A stretch of DNA of 64,000 bases from Alphaproteobacteria bacterium (lineage in GTDB: Bacteria > Pseudomonadota > Alphaproteobacteria > SP197), in assembly GCA_965228895.1 (NCBI GenBank), contig OZ245842.1, forward strand, positions 3,776,001 through 3,840,000, written 5' to 3'. The notes beneath the pieces were generated by a model. The model searched no databases and was not told the DNA's origin. It saw only the letters and a list, made by a program, of their open reading frames with translations. Below, piece after piece: positions 44,750-55,793 of the stretch; the stretch's first letter is position 1, and each line of letters begins with the position of its first letter. Position numbers and translations under genes: made by a program.

Positions 44750-45280
44750 ATGTTGATCGACGCCATTGCCATCGGCGACAACCCGCCCGACGACGTCAAT
44801 GTCATCATCGAGGTCTCGGTCGGCGGTCAGCCGATAAAATACGAGATGGACAAGGAGGCCGGCACGCTGGTGGTCGACCGGTTCCTCTATACGCCGATGA
44901 GCTATCCCGGCAATTACGGCTTCGTGCCGCACACGCTCGCCGAGGACGGCGACCCCATCGATGTGCTGGTCTGTAACACCCGCGAGCTGATGCCTGGCTG
45001 CGTCATCAACGTCAAGCCCATCGGCGCCTTGATGATGGAGGACGACTCGGGCCGCGACGAGAAGATCATCGCCGTGCCGTCCTCGCGCCTGACGAAACGT
45101 TATGAGGGCATCTTTCACTTCTATGACTTGCCGACCATTACGTTGCAGCAGATCCAGCACTTCTTCGAACACTACAAAGACTTGGAACCCGGCAAGTGGG
45201 TCAAGATCGGCGACTGGATGGATGCGACCCTGGCGCGCCAGATGATCACCGACGCCATCGAACGCGCCAAATCCGGCTGA
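44750..45280 (+). CDS. ppa: Inorganic pyrophosphatase
   Basis: 'YPGNYGF', 'DGDPIDV', '[10 protein letters not shown]'. Confidence 0.97.
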   Translation: MLIDAIAIGDNPPDDVNVIIEVSVGGQPIKYEMDKEAGTLVVDRFLYTPMSYPGNYGFVPHTLAEDGDPIDVLVCNTRELMPGCVINVKPIGALMMEDDSGRDEKIIAVPSSRLTKRYEGIFHFYDLPTITLQQIQHFFEHYKDLEPGKWVKIGDWMDATLARQMITDAIERAKSG

Positions 45281-45413
45281 TTTCCGCTGTTTTGGTCCGG
45301 GCCACGCGGCACCAGGCCGGGCCCGTTCGGCTTTCTTCACGGCATCACCGACGAAAGGTTGTGTGGTCCCTCACCGAGCCATTAAGCTGGCCGCAATAAG
45401 CGCGGAGGAACCC

Positions 45414-45860
45414 ATGAGGTTGGGCCGGTCTCGGCACCACCCCGCGAGCGCACAGGAAGGGATTGGGCCAGGCGGAGATACCTCCGTCCTGGGGCCGGAT
45501 CTCGTCGTTGACGGCCATCTGGAGTCGACCGGCGAGGTTCATGTCCACGGTACGCTTGCCGGGGACATTCACGCTCCCAAGGTAACCGTATGCCCCGACG
45601 GCAAGATCGAGGGTAATGTGGTCGCCAAGGAAGCTTGTATCGGGGGGCGGCTCGACGGTCGCGTGATTGCGCCGTTCGTGGTCGTTGAGGAAACGGGTGC
45701 CGTCGTGGGACGAATCTTTCATCACCAGATTACCGTCGCCAAAGGCGCCTTTGTGGACGGCCGCATGCCGTGGCGTCCGCTCAACCATTTTGACGAGAGC
45801 GCTTCACTTTTGGAGGAACTAACCAGTGAGCATGTTCACAAAGAACGATCAGGGGACTGA
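45414..45860 (+). CDS. Bactofilin (polymer-forming cytoskeletal protein)
   Basis: GGAGG RBS; beta-helix repeats 'VDGHL..GEVHVHG..GDI...IEGNV'. Confidence 0.85.
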   Translation: MRLGRSRHHPASAQEGIGPGGDTSVLGPDLVVDGHLESTGEVHVHGTLAGDIHAPKVTVCPDGKIEGNVVAKEACIGGRLDGRVIAPFVVVEETGAVVGRIFHHQITVAKGAFVDGRMPWRPLNHFDESASLLEELTSEHVHKERSGD

Positions 45861-46326
45861 TCAGTCCCGTCCGGCGCACGAACCGCAGCAGGCGGCGCCG
45901 GCGGCGAGCTCTGTGCCGGGGACCCATCAGGTGGTGTCGGTCATCAGTCCCGGTCTGACCGTGACCGGCAATCTGGAAAGCGAGGGCGCGATCCAGGTCG
46001 ACGGCACCATTGAAGGCGATGTGCGCGGCAATTCGGTCGTCGTCGGCGAAGGCGCCACCATCAAGGGCGCGGTCTATGGCGATACGGTCAAGGTTGCCGG
46101 CAAGATCGAAGGCAAGATCGAGGCCCAGTCGGTCTCCGTCACCCGCTCTGGCCATATGAAGGGCGACATCATTCACGAGCGCCTGGAGATCGAAGGCGGC
46201 GCCCATGTCGATGGCCACTGCCAGCCGACCTTCAAAAAGGACGCCGGCAAGGTCACGCAGCTTAAGCCGGCCGCCGAGACGAACAAGGCATCCGATAGCA
46301 GCAAAACGGCCAACGCCGACAGCTGA
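45832..46326 (+). CDS. Bactofilin (polymer-forming cytoskeletal protein)
   Basis: 'SVISPGLTVTGNL..EG.IQVDG.IEGDV', N-terminal 'MFTK'. Confidence 0.92.
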   Translation: MFTKNDQGTDQSRPAHEPQQAAPAASSVPGTHQVVSVISPGLTVTGNLESEGAIQVDGTIEGDVRGNSVVVGEGATIKGAVYGDTVKVAGKIEGKIEAQSVSVTRSGHMKGDIIHERLEIEGGAHVDGHCQPTFKKDAGKVTQLKPAAETNKASDSSKTANADS

Positions 46327-46618
46327 AGCGTATGATGGGCGCGCGGGCGAGAGCAAGTTCGTCTCGGATTGATTCAATGCGAAACGTGAATCTTGCTCTC
46401 CTTCGATAGATTGGAGACCGATTCACATCCACATCGCTGCGATGCGGATGATCGGACTCCACGCCCGCGCGCTGAGATGAGGGCGGCATTGAAGTCGCGG
46501 CCCCTATCTGCCCTCCCCAGCGTGGCGACCGTCACGTATGCCTTACCTATTGGTTGCGTGTATTTGTCCCGACATGATACAGATTGCGCCGTTTCGTACC
46601 GATTCGGCACAGGGGATC

Positions 46619-48064
46619 ATGGCAAAACGCGTACTTATCGTTGACGACGACCCCATCCAACGGCGGCTCTACAGCGACATCGTAGGGTCGATGGGGTATC
46701 AGGCTTCGACCGCCGATGACGGCGAAACCGCTATCAGCACGTTGCTGGGCGGTCAAAGCAACGGCATTGCCGATGCCGTGTTGCTTGATCTCAACATGCC
46801 GGGTGTCGACGGTATGGCCGTCTTGGAACGGCTGTCGCCAGCTCTGCCGGAACTGCCGATCGTTGTCTTGACCGGCCACGGCGGCGTCGACACGGCGGTC
46901 AAGGCAATGCGCGCCGGCGCCGTCGATTTTGTCGTCAAACCTGTCAGCCCGGAGCGTCTTGCGGTCACCCTCGACAATGCCATGAAGCTCGGTTCCCTCA
47001 GGGGCGAAGTCTCGCGCCTGGAGCGTCAGGCCGAGGAAGGCATCTCGTCGGTCGACATCATAGGCTCCAGCGCCGGGCTGACCGCCACGGTCGATTTGGC
47101 CGGCCGCGCCGCGCAGTCTCAGATCCCGGTCCTGATCGAAGGCGAAAGCGGCGTCGGCAAGGAACTCTTTGCCCGCTACATTCAAAGCTGCGGGCCCCGC
47201 TCCGACATGCCGATGGTCACCGTCAACTGCGGCGCCATTCCGGAGAACCTGATCGAAAGCCTGTTGTTCGGTCATGAGAAAGGTTCGTTCACCGGCGCCT
47301 CGGCCAAGCATATCGGCAAGTTTCAGGAGGCCAGTGGCGGCACGCTTTTCCTGGACGAGATCGGCGAGCTCCGGACCGACATGCAGGTCAAGCTGCTGCG
47401 CGCGCTCCAGGAAGGCCAGATCGATCCGGTCGGCGCCAAGAAGCCGGTCGATGTTGATGTTCGCCTGATCGCCGCGACCAACCGCGATCTCTTTCAGATG
47501 GTCGAGGAAGGCGGTTTCCGCGAAGACCTTTATTACCGCATCAACGTCTTCCCGCTTCACGTGCCGCCGCTCAGGGAACGCGGTGAAGACGTCCCCTCCC
47601 TGATCGACCACTTCATCCAGCGCTTTGCCCTGCGCGAGGGCAAACAGGTCACCGGGATCGATGAATCGGCCCTCGCCATGCTGGTCGACTACCCCTGGCC
47701 CGGCAATGTGCGCCAGCTTGAGAACGCTGTGTTCCGCGCCGTCGTGCTGTGTGACGGCACGGCGCTGACACCGGCCGACTTCCCGCATATTGCGCGCGCC
47801 CAGGGTGTCCCCGTGGCTAGCGATACAGGCAGCGGCACGCGCGCCGCACCGGGCGGCGCCGGTAACGGCACCCAGCTTGGCCTGATCACCGGCGATGGCA
47901 GCTTGCGCCCGCTCGCCGACGTCGAGGCGGATGTCATCCGTTTTGCGCTGGAACACCACAAAGGGCAGATGTCGAAGGTCGCCCGTCAACTCGGCATCGG
48001 CCGCTCGACGCTCTACCGCAAGGTCCGCGAACTCGGCCTCGATGCACCGGCCGGCGACAATTGA
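46619..48064 (+). CDS. Sigma54-dependent response regulator (NtrC family, TacA-like)
   Basis: REC domain, GESGVGKE, GSFTGA, 'FREDLYYR', Fis HTH. Confidence 0.95.
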   Translation: MAKRVLIVDDDPIQRRLYSDIVGSMGYQASTADDGETAISTLLGGQSNGIADAVLLDLNMPGVDGMAVLERLSPALPELPIVVLTGHGGVDTAVKAMRAGAVDFVVKPVSPERLAVTLDNAMKLGSLRGEVSRLERQAEEGISSVDIIGSSAGLTATVDLAGRAAQSQIPVLIEGESGVGKELFARYIQSCGPRSDMPMVTVNCGAIPENLIESLLFGHEKGSFTGASAKHIGKFQEASGGTLFLDEIGELRTDMQVKLLRALQEGQIDPVGAKKPVDVDVRLIAATNRDLFQMVEEGGFREDLYYRINVFPLHVPPLRERGEDVPSLIDHFIQRFALREGKQVTGIDESALAMLVDYPWPGNVRQLENAVFRAVVLCDGTALTPADFPHIARAQGVPVASDTGSGTRAAPGGAGNGTQLGLITGDGSLRPLADVEADVIRFALEHHKGQMSKVARQLGIGRSTLYRKVRELGLDAPAGDN

Positions 48065-48100
48065 TCGGTCAAAACGTCCCCCGCAACCTGAGACCCTAGA

Positions 48101-48886
48101 ATGAGCCTCGCCTCGCTGCCGGTGTGGCTGGGCGCCACCATCTTCGTGGTTTTGACGTGCGCCCTGTCGTTGCTGTTTTACGCCATAGCGCGGCGACTCC
48201 TGGCGCGCAGGACAAGCGACGACACGGGCCGACTAGCAGACTCCGTTGTCTTTCGCATCGGTGCCCTACACAGCCTGATCCTCGCTCTCGTCTTCGCCCA
48301 GGAGGAGGTCAACTACGCCAGCCTCCACGAGACAGTCAGCACCGAGGTCGCGGCGATCGGCGATATCTTCTACGACCTCGCCCGCTACGATGCCGAAGCC
48401 AACCGGCCACTCCAGGAACAGGTGGTCGGGTATGTCGAGATCGTTGCCGAAACCGAGTGGTCAGCGCTTGCCGCCGGCGGCTTGAGTACCGATGCCTGGA
48501 TTGCGTGGGACAGCGTTTATGTCGGCGTGCTCGACCTGGAGCCCCAATCGGGACGTCAGACGTCACTGCGCGACAGCTTGTTGCGCGATCTCGACATCAT
48601 CTCCGACAGCCGCAACGACCGCGAACTCGCCGCCATCGAATCGGTGACCGACATATTTTGGTTCGCCGCCATCTTCGGGCTGATTCTGGTTGTCACATCG
48701 TACTTCAACTTCAAACCGAGCCCGATCAACCTGGCGCTGTTGACGGGCTTTGCCGCCTATAACGGCCTGATCCTCTTCTTTATTGCCGCCATGAACAATC
48801 CGTTCGCCGATCCGGCTGCCCTGCAACCCACGGCTTTCGAACGCCTCGGTCAGGAGTTGCGCAGCGATCTTCCGGGCACCAGCTAG
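48101..48886 (+). CDS. DUF4239 (bestrophin-like) membrane protein
   Basis: TM-TM-soluble-TM-TM layout, 'NPF' near the C-terminus. Confidence 0.7.
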   Translation: MSLASLPVWLGATIFVVLTCALSLLFYAIARRLLARRTSDDTGRLADSVVFRIGALHSLILALVFAQEEVNYASLHETVSTEVAAIGDIFYDLARYDAEANRPLQEQVVGYVEIVAETEWSALAAGGLSTDAWIAWDSVYVGVLDLEPQSGRQTSLRDSLLRDLDIISDSRNDRELAAIESVTDIFWFAAIFGLILVVTSYFNFKPSPINLALLTGFAAYNGLILFFIAAMNNPFADPAALQPTAFERLGQELRSDLPGTS

Positions 48887-49678
48887 GTGACTGCCTGGCC
48901 GACACGCCAAGACCGGCTGATCAGGTCGACGCCGTGGTCGTGTGGCGTCAAAGCGGCCTTTCTTCTCGCCACAGTGCTCCTGTGGTCGCCGGCGGCGCAA
49001 TCCCAGGAAACTCCGGTCGCGTTGGAGCTCGTGCTTCTGGCTGATTCCTCGTCATCGATCCGCGGGCCGGAGTTCGACCTGCAGATCAGCGGTTACGCCC
49101 TGGCGTTTCAGGATGCCGGCGTGATCGATGCGATCATGGAACTGGGCGAAGGCGGCCTGGCCGTTACCTTTGTCCAGTGGAGCGCGACGTTTCAACAATA
49201 CGACTCCGTCGCCTGGACCCACATCCTAACGCCTGTTGATGCGATAGCTTTCGGCCAGGCCATCGAGAGCCAGGCACGCAAATTCACCGGTTTCGGCACC
49301 GCGACCGGGTCGGCCATCGCCCACGGCATTGCGGCGTTTGACGACAACGGCTTCGATGGCCGGCGACGCGTTATCGACCTGTCGTCGGATGAACACTCGA
49401 ACCAGGGGCCGCATCCGGGCGGGCTGCGCAACGACATTATCGCCCGCGGCATCACCCTTAACGGCCTGGCCATCCTGGACGACAACTTCGCGTTGGAGCA
49501 GTACTTCCGCCAACACGTGATCGCGGGACCCGGCGCTTTCGTCATGGCGGTCGCGAGCTATGACGACTTCGCCGAAGCGATCAAACTGAAACTGATCCGC
49601 GAAATTTCCGACGAGCCGTTCGCATCGCTTCCCGACAGACATGGCCTTGGTGCAGTGATCCAAGTACGCTATCCCTGA
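48887..49678 (+). CDS. DUF1194 vWA-like secreted protein
   Basis: 'ELVLLADSSSSI', 'RRVIDLSSD', 'VIAGPGAFV', 'KLIREI'; start uncertain. Confidence 0.88.
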   Translation: MTAWPTRQDRLIRSTPWSCGVKAAFLLATVLLWSPAAQSQETPVALELVLLADSSSSIRGPEFDLQISGYALAFQDAGVIDAIMELGEGGLAVTFVQWSATFQQYDSVAWTHILTPVDAIAFGQAIESQARKFTGFGTATGSAIAHGIAAFDDNGFDGRRRVIDLSSDEHSNQGPHPGGLRNDIIARGITLNGLAILDDNFALEQYFRQHVIAGPGAFVMAVASYDDFAEAIKLKLIREISDEPFASLPDRHGLGAVIQVRYP

Positions 49679-49740
49679 CGTAGGGCCCTGAAGTCAGGGA
49701 TCGGATCGGAGAACGAGCCATCGAAACCCAGCGCCAGCCT

Positions 49741-51435
49741 TTGCTTGAGACACCATTGCGACCGCCGGAAACCGTCATGCGGCTGGCGCGGCTTGGCGCG
49801 TTTCATCAGTCGCGCCTGTCCTTCATGCGTGTCCTGCTTCGCCGCCTGAAACGCGACGCCTGGACCTTCGAGCGCCCGATCTTCGAGATTGATGAAAGGG
49901 CCGTCGGCACCGCCGTCTACACGGCGCGGGGGCCGGAGCGGGCCTATAGCCTGGTCTGTTTCGCGCACGATCTGCCGGCCGATCAGCGCTCCGACCGCGT
50001 CATCGCGCATGCGTGGGACGCCACCTTCACGCTGTTTGACGGCGTGCCGACACCCGACGACATCGAACGCCTCGCCGACAACGTGCCGAAGCAGGAGGCG
50101 GGACGCGTCAGCGACCGCGAGATCAGCCTGTCGCGCGCCAACCGGTCGGTGCGTCTGTTCGACTATGTCGTCGATTGCCTTGCCGCCGGCCGCCAGCCCG
50201 ATGCCGAGAAGGTCGAAGCGGTCGGCTATCTGATGCGCACCACCGCGGTCTACGGCTCCGGCAAGTTCGGCGCCGCCGACCGTGAGGTCATCGCCGATCG
50301 CGCGGAGTTCGCCGGGCCGTTCCAGGCCGAAATGCTGTCGGTCTACCTGACCCGCGCCTTTGTCCTGGATCTGGTCGAACACCTCGCGCAATTGCGCGCG
50401 CCTGACACGGCCGTCCCGCTCGACACGGCATTGCGCCGATGTTTCGGCGTCGGCAACTCGACGGGGTTGGGACTGGCCCCCTTCATCGTCAACCACCCGG
50501 CTCTTCTGAACAACTGGATCGCCGCGCGCGAGACCGCCTTGGCGCGGGTGCGCGCCCTGCCCGCCGCTGCACCGCAAGAAACAAGCTGCTTCCGCACCAT
50601 GCTGGCGCGCGCCGTTGTCAATGCCCAGACATGGCGCTCGGAACACCCGCTGCAACTGGAGAAACTGGCCGCGCTCAAGGCCGACCTCGCCAAGCTCGAA
50701 CGTCATGTCGACAGCGGCGCCCTGGACGGTGACGCGCCGTGGGACCGCCTCTACCTCTGGGCCGAAGACAACCTGTCCTTCGAAGGCCAGGAACAATTGG
50801 TCTCGCTGATGTTGGAGCCTTATGGCGCGCTGGTCGATGATCTCGCCGACACCATGGGCGCGGATGAAGGCGCGGCGTTCCGCATCGATGGCGCCATGCC
50901 GATCGACCGGCTGCGTGCGATCGCCGAGGAGATCTACGGCTGGACCCGTGCCGTCGACTGGGGCGCGCCGGAGAACCGGGCCCGCGTGTGGTATGTCTCC
51001 CAGGAAAAGCTGGAACCGCGCCTGGGCGAACGTTTCGAAGAACCGATCGAGCCTTATGAGCAGCCGCTGGCGCCGGGCCGTGACGCCGCGGCCATGATGC
51101 GCGACCTCGACGCCTGGGCGATGGACACGACCAACGACAACAAGGTCGCGGCCTTCCTGCTCGCCCACCCCGAACACCGTCACATCGTGCGGCGCGCCCA
51201 GATCACCGCGCGCTTTCCTTATGCCGAGATCCGCGACAACACGATCTCGGCCGAATTGCTGCCGATCGATCTCCTGCGCTGCAAGCTCGCTTATTTCGGC
51301 GCGACCCACTTCGACCCGCGCTCCGACCGCTGGCTGCGCATCAACATGTTCCAGAACGCGCCCTTCCCGTATGAGCTCGCCACGGGCGAGGCCGACGACT
51401 GGGGCTATCCGCCGCTGCCCGACGTGGCGTCATAG
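49741..51435 (+). CDS. Conserved hypothetical protein (~560 aa)
   Basis: Strong codon bias; enzyme-like motifs 'YLMRTTAVYGSGKFG', 'GNSTGLG', 'EKLEPRLGER'. Confidence 0.85.
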   Translation: MLETPLRPPETVMRLARLGAFHQSRLSFMRVLLRRLKRDAWTFERPIFEIDERAVGTAVYTARGPERAYSLVCFAHDLPADQRSDRVIAHAWDATFTLFDGVPTPDDIERLADNVPKQEAGRVSDREISLSRANRSVRLFDYVVDCLAAGRQPDAEKVEAVGYLMRTTAVYGSGKFGAADREVIADRAEFAGPFQAEMLSVYLTRAFVLDLVEHLAQLRAPDTAVPLDTALRRCFGVGNSTGLGLAPFIVNHPALLNNWIAARETALARVRALPAAAPQETSCFRTMLARAVVNAQTWRSEHPLQLEKLAALKADLAKLERHVDSGALDGDAPWDRLYLWAEDNLSFEGQEQLVSLMLEPYGALVDDLADTMGADEGAAFRIDGAMPIDRLRAIAEEIYGWTRAVDWGAPENRARVWYVSQEKLEPRLGERFEEPIEPYEQPLAPGRDAAAMMRDLDAWAMDTTNDNKVAAFLLAHPEHRHIVRRAQITARFPYAEIRDNTISAELLPIDLLRCKLAYFGATHFDPRSDRWLRINMFQNAPFPYELATGEADDWGYPPLPDVAS

Positions 51436-51451
51436 ACACCGGCGCCAAACG

Positions 51452-52102
51452 TTGATCTTCTCCTTCAACGAAATCGAGTCCATGAGCAAACGCGCCGCGC
51501 GTGGTGCGGGTCTCTCCTGGGGTTTGGCCGAAGAAGCCGGCAAGGCCGCGCGCTGGCTGGCCGAGCACAACGAGCCGGGCGCAGAAATGCTCGCCAGGCG
51601 GCTCGGCGACATCGATGGGGTGACATATGAGAGCCTTGCGCCCGCGATGCATAACGGCGTCTGGTGCGCGCGGCGCGGTCTGCTCTGCCCGCTGATCGCC
51701 GGGCCGATGTTGTCGGATCGGGCCGCCGACATCGCCGCCGGCAACGAACTGGTGCTCGGCCCCATCGCCGACCCCGTCTTTCTGGCACCCTACGCGGCGG
51801 CGGTCGCCAAACACACGGGTACGGCGATCAGCTTGCGATGGAACGAAGTCAGCTTGACCGTGACGGCCGACGGCCTGGCGGTCGACGGGCCGCGCGATCA
51901 GGTGGAGGTGACCGTCACCGACAGGGTGTCATGCGCCGCCGCCCCTACCACGCCGGCCGCATCGTCCCGGACTTTACGACGCCGCGAGGCCGACGCGGAC
52001 GCCTGGCGCCAGCTCAACACCTTCGCGCAGCGCACCTTTGCGCCCGCCACCGAAGAATCGCGTATGGCCGGCGCCGGCGCCGGGCTGGAAGATAACGATT
52101 AG
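51452..52102 (+). CDS. DUF3726 family protein
   Basis: 'SFNEIE...RAARGAGLSWGLAEEAG' and 'FAPATEESR..GAGAGL.DND'. Confidence 0.8.
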   Translation: MIFSFNEIESMSKRAARGAGLSWGLAEEAGKAARWLAEHNEPGAEMLARRLGDIDGVTYESLAPAMHNGVWCARRGLLCPLIAGPMLSDRAADIAAGNELVLGPIADPVFLAPYAAAVAKHTGTAISLRWNEVSLTVTADGLAVDGPRDQVEVTVTDRVSCAAAPTTPAASSRTLRRREADADAWRQLNTFAQRTFAPATEESRMAGAGAGLEDND

Positions 52103-52104
52103 GT

Positions 52105-53850
52105 CTAAGCAGCCTTGCCGGCCCGCGCGCGCATAAGACTCACGGTGCGGTCGTTCAGAAACTGGTAATGCTCGGCCAGATACGGAGAAATCTCCGCGTT
52201 GTGAGCACTGAACAGGTTCATCGCGGCGTTCACTTCGAACACAACAGGCCGGCCCTCGCGCGTGACACCAAAGTCGATGCCATAGACGTCGAGCGGCGTG
52301 TTCTCGATGATCGGCGCGAAGACCTTTTTCCAGTCGAAACCCAGGAACTCGTCGGGGTCAGCCAGAAATTCCTGCTCGATCTTGTCAAAGCCGCTTTCCA
52401 GCCATTGCGGCGTTCGGCGCAGGTGGTCGTGCGACGAAAAGTCGACGTGTGAATTCGCCCTGTCGACGAAAGCCTCGTCGCCGATAATGACCGCGCGATA
52501 GTGTCGTCCGACACCTTGCTCGTCGCGGCACTCGTGGTACTGGGTGACGAAGTATTCCGGCAGGCTCATGTCGACCAGTGCTTCGCGCAGCGCATCGGGA
52601 CCATCGAACAACCGCATGCCCATGCCGAGATTGGTTTGCGGATGGCGAATCAGAACCGGCCATTCGAAATCCGCCTCGATCTCCGCGATGATGCTTTCGG
52701 CTGTCGACGTTGCCGGCCTCAAGTGCGTCAGCCGTGGAAAGATAAACGCTGATTCCGATGCAAACCTTTGGGCGTTCTTTTCGCGCCCGCATGCCAAAAC
52801 CGCGTCTAGTCCGTTGATGACGGGAATGTCGTCGGCCTCATACAGCGCGACGAACTCGTCATAGAGATCCCGCGTCGGCGCACTCACGCTTTCGCTGACC
52901 ACAAGATTGTTCACGAAGATGTCGGGACGCACGCCCGCTTTCTCAAGATGGTCCGGCGCACGCGGCGAAAGCGGTACATGAAGCACGCGCATATCCGGCG
53001 ACGCGACATAAGACGGATAATTGAGGCCGCTATAGTTCAGAGGACTCTGACGATTGAAGAACGACGGGCCGAAGTCTTCGAGCACGGCGATAGTCAAGCC
53101 GGCGCTTTTTCCCTTTTCCGGTCCGCGCACGCTGAAGGGCCTGATCTCAAGCGCCCGTCCTGCCGCTGCCAGGGCGCCTTGAGCGCTGCCGGCACCAAGC
53201 CGCGCGACGGAAAGAAGCGTGAGCGTGTTGAAGTTGCCGGGCTGCGCGGCATCGGCTTCTTCGAGAACACGCACCGCCTCGGCGTGGCGATCCAGGTCGC
53301 ACAACGCATGGCCGAGAACGAGCACATTGGCGGGAGCGGTCAGGCCCAATGTCCTGGCCGTGGCGGCGTGCTCGGCGGCTTTCTCCACCTGGCCGTCATG
53401 CAGATAAAGGTTGGCCAACGTCGCGTGACAGCGCGCGGATTTCGGATGGCGGGCCAGAAGGCCTTCCAAACAACCAATGGCCTGGCCGATGTCGGCCTGG
53501 CGATGGTGGATCTCCGCCAGCAGCAGACCCGGATCGATCTCGTCGGGAAACCGGGCGACCAGCGCCTCGGAAGCAGTCCGCGCGGCGTCCAGCCGGCCGG
53601 CGCACACATGCGCGTAGCAGGCCGCGTAATCGGCCGCCAGGCTGCCGGTGTGGTCGCGCCCAAGCGCCTCGGCGATACCGTCGGGTCCCTGGGGTCCGTG
53701 GACGCGCAGGCCCAGATCCATCGCCAGCCGCGCCGCGTCGACCGTATCGGTGTGCTGGCCGGCGAGCGCACTGGCGGCGACAAACGCCTCCGACACCTTG
53801 CCCGACCGCGCAAGCTGGTGGATCCGGCCGATTTCCTCTCGTGGCGCCAC
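52105..53850 (-). CDS. TPR + ATP-grasp (RimK/GshB-like) protein
   Basis: N-terminal TPR-like helices; 'WPVLIR...GMGM', 'YGIDFG', 'VFEVNAAM'. Confidence 0.75.
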   Translation of the reverse strand: MAPREEIGRIHQLARSGKVSEAFVAASALAGQHTDTVDAARLAMDLGLRVHGPQGPDGIAEALGRDHTGSLAADYAACYAHVCAGRLDAARTASEALVARFPDEIDPGLLLAEIHHRQADIGQAIGCLEGLLARHPKSARCHATLANLYLHDGQVEKAAEHAATARTLGLTAPANVLVLGHALCDLDRHAEAVRVLEEADAAQPGNFNTLTLLSVARLGAGSAQGALAAAGRALEIRPFSVRGPEKGKSAGLTIAVLEDFGPSFFNRQSPLNYSGLNYPSYVASPDMRVLHVPLSPRAPDHLEKAGVRPDIFVNNLVVSESVSAPTRDLYDEFVALYEADDIPVINGLDAVLACGREKNAQRFASESAFIFPRLTHLRPATSTAESIIAEIEADFEWPVLIRHPQTNLGMGMRLFDGPDALREALVDMSLPEYFVTQYHECRDEQGVGRHYRAVIIGDEAFVDRANSHVDFSSHDHLRRTPQWLESGFDKIEQEFLADPDEFLGFDWKKVFAPIIENTPLDVYGIDFGVTREGRPVVFEVNAAMNLFSAHNAEISPYLAEHYQFLNDRTVSLMRARAGKAA

Positions 53851-54308
53851 GCGCTCTCTCCTCGTTTGACTTCGTCTACTTTATCGCCGTTAGACGCCTG
53901 GCGACGCATCTGGCGCGATTGTGAACGCCCGGTTTACCCGATCTCCGCGCCTGGGACCCGTGCCAGACGTCACACCCGTTAACCTTTCTCCTCGCCCGCC
54001 TAACAAACTGATTTGCTTGACATACCGGCCTTGAGGGCCCATGTGACCTCCGTACATTGTCTCGCGATCGCGCGAAGCGCCGTTTCTTAGAGCCCCGGCA
54101 TCCAGCCATCGGGCCCCAGGACATCGCAGGAGAACGTCACCGGCACCACGGACGAGATTGTCCGCGGGCGGTCTTCTCCGGGCGGCACATCATCCCGGGA
54201 ACAATCATAAAAACACCGCCGCACCGGCCGCGCCCGGGGCAGGCAACAAGCCGGGACATCCGCGTGCGCAACAGCCGCCCGCGCCACCCGGTCATTAAGG
54301 AATCTCTA

Positions 54309-55574
<1,266 letters not shown>

Positions 55575-55793
55575 AGAAGTGCCCACGAGACAGACTAGGT
55601 TAATCGCTGCCAGTTGACAGACAAACGCACGAGAGTTCTAGAAGCTCAATAGAATCCAGAGCTTCTGTTGCGTGTGATTGCACGAGGTCGAGAACGTACA
55701 GCGGCTATTAGTGTAGCGCTCTTTACGTCGCGCATTGCATACTGCAGCAACCTTGACTGCTCATTGCCGCCGCCTCAATGTGAATTTCTAGAA

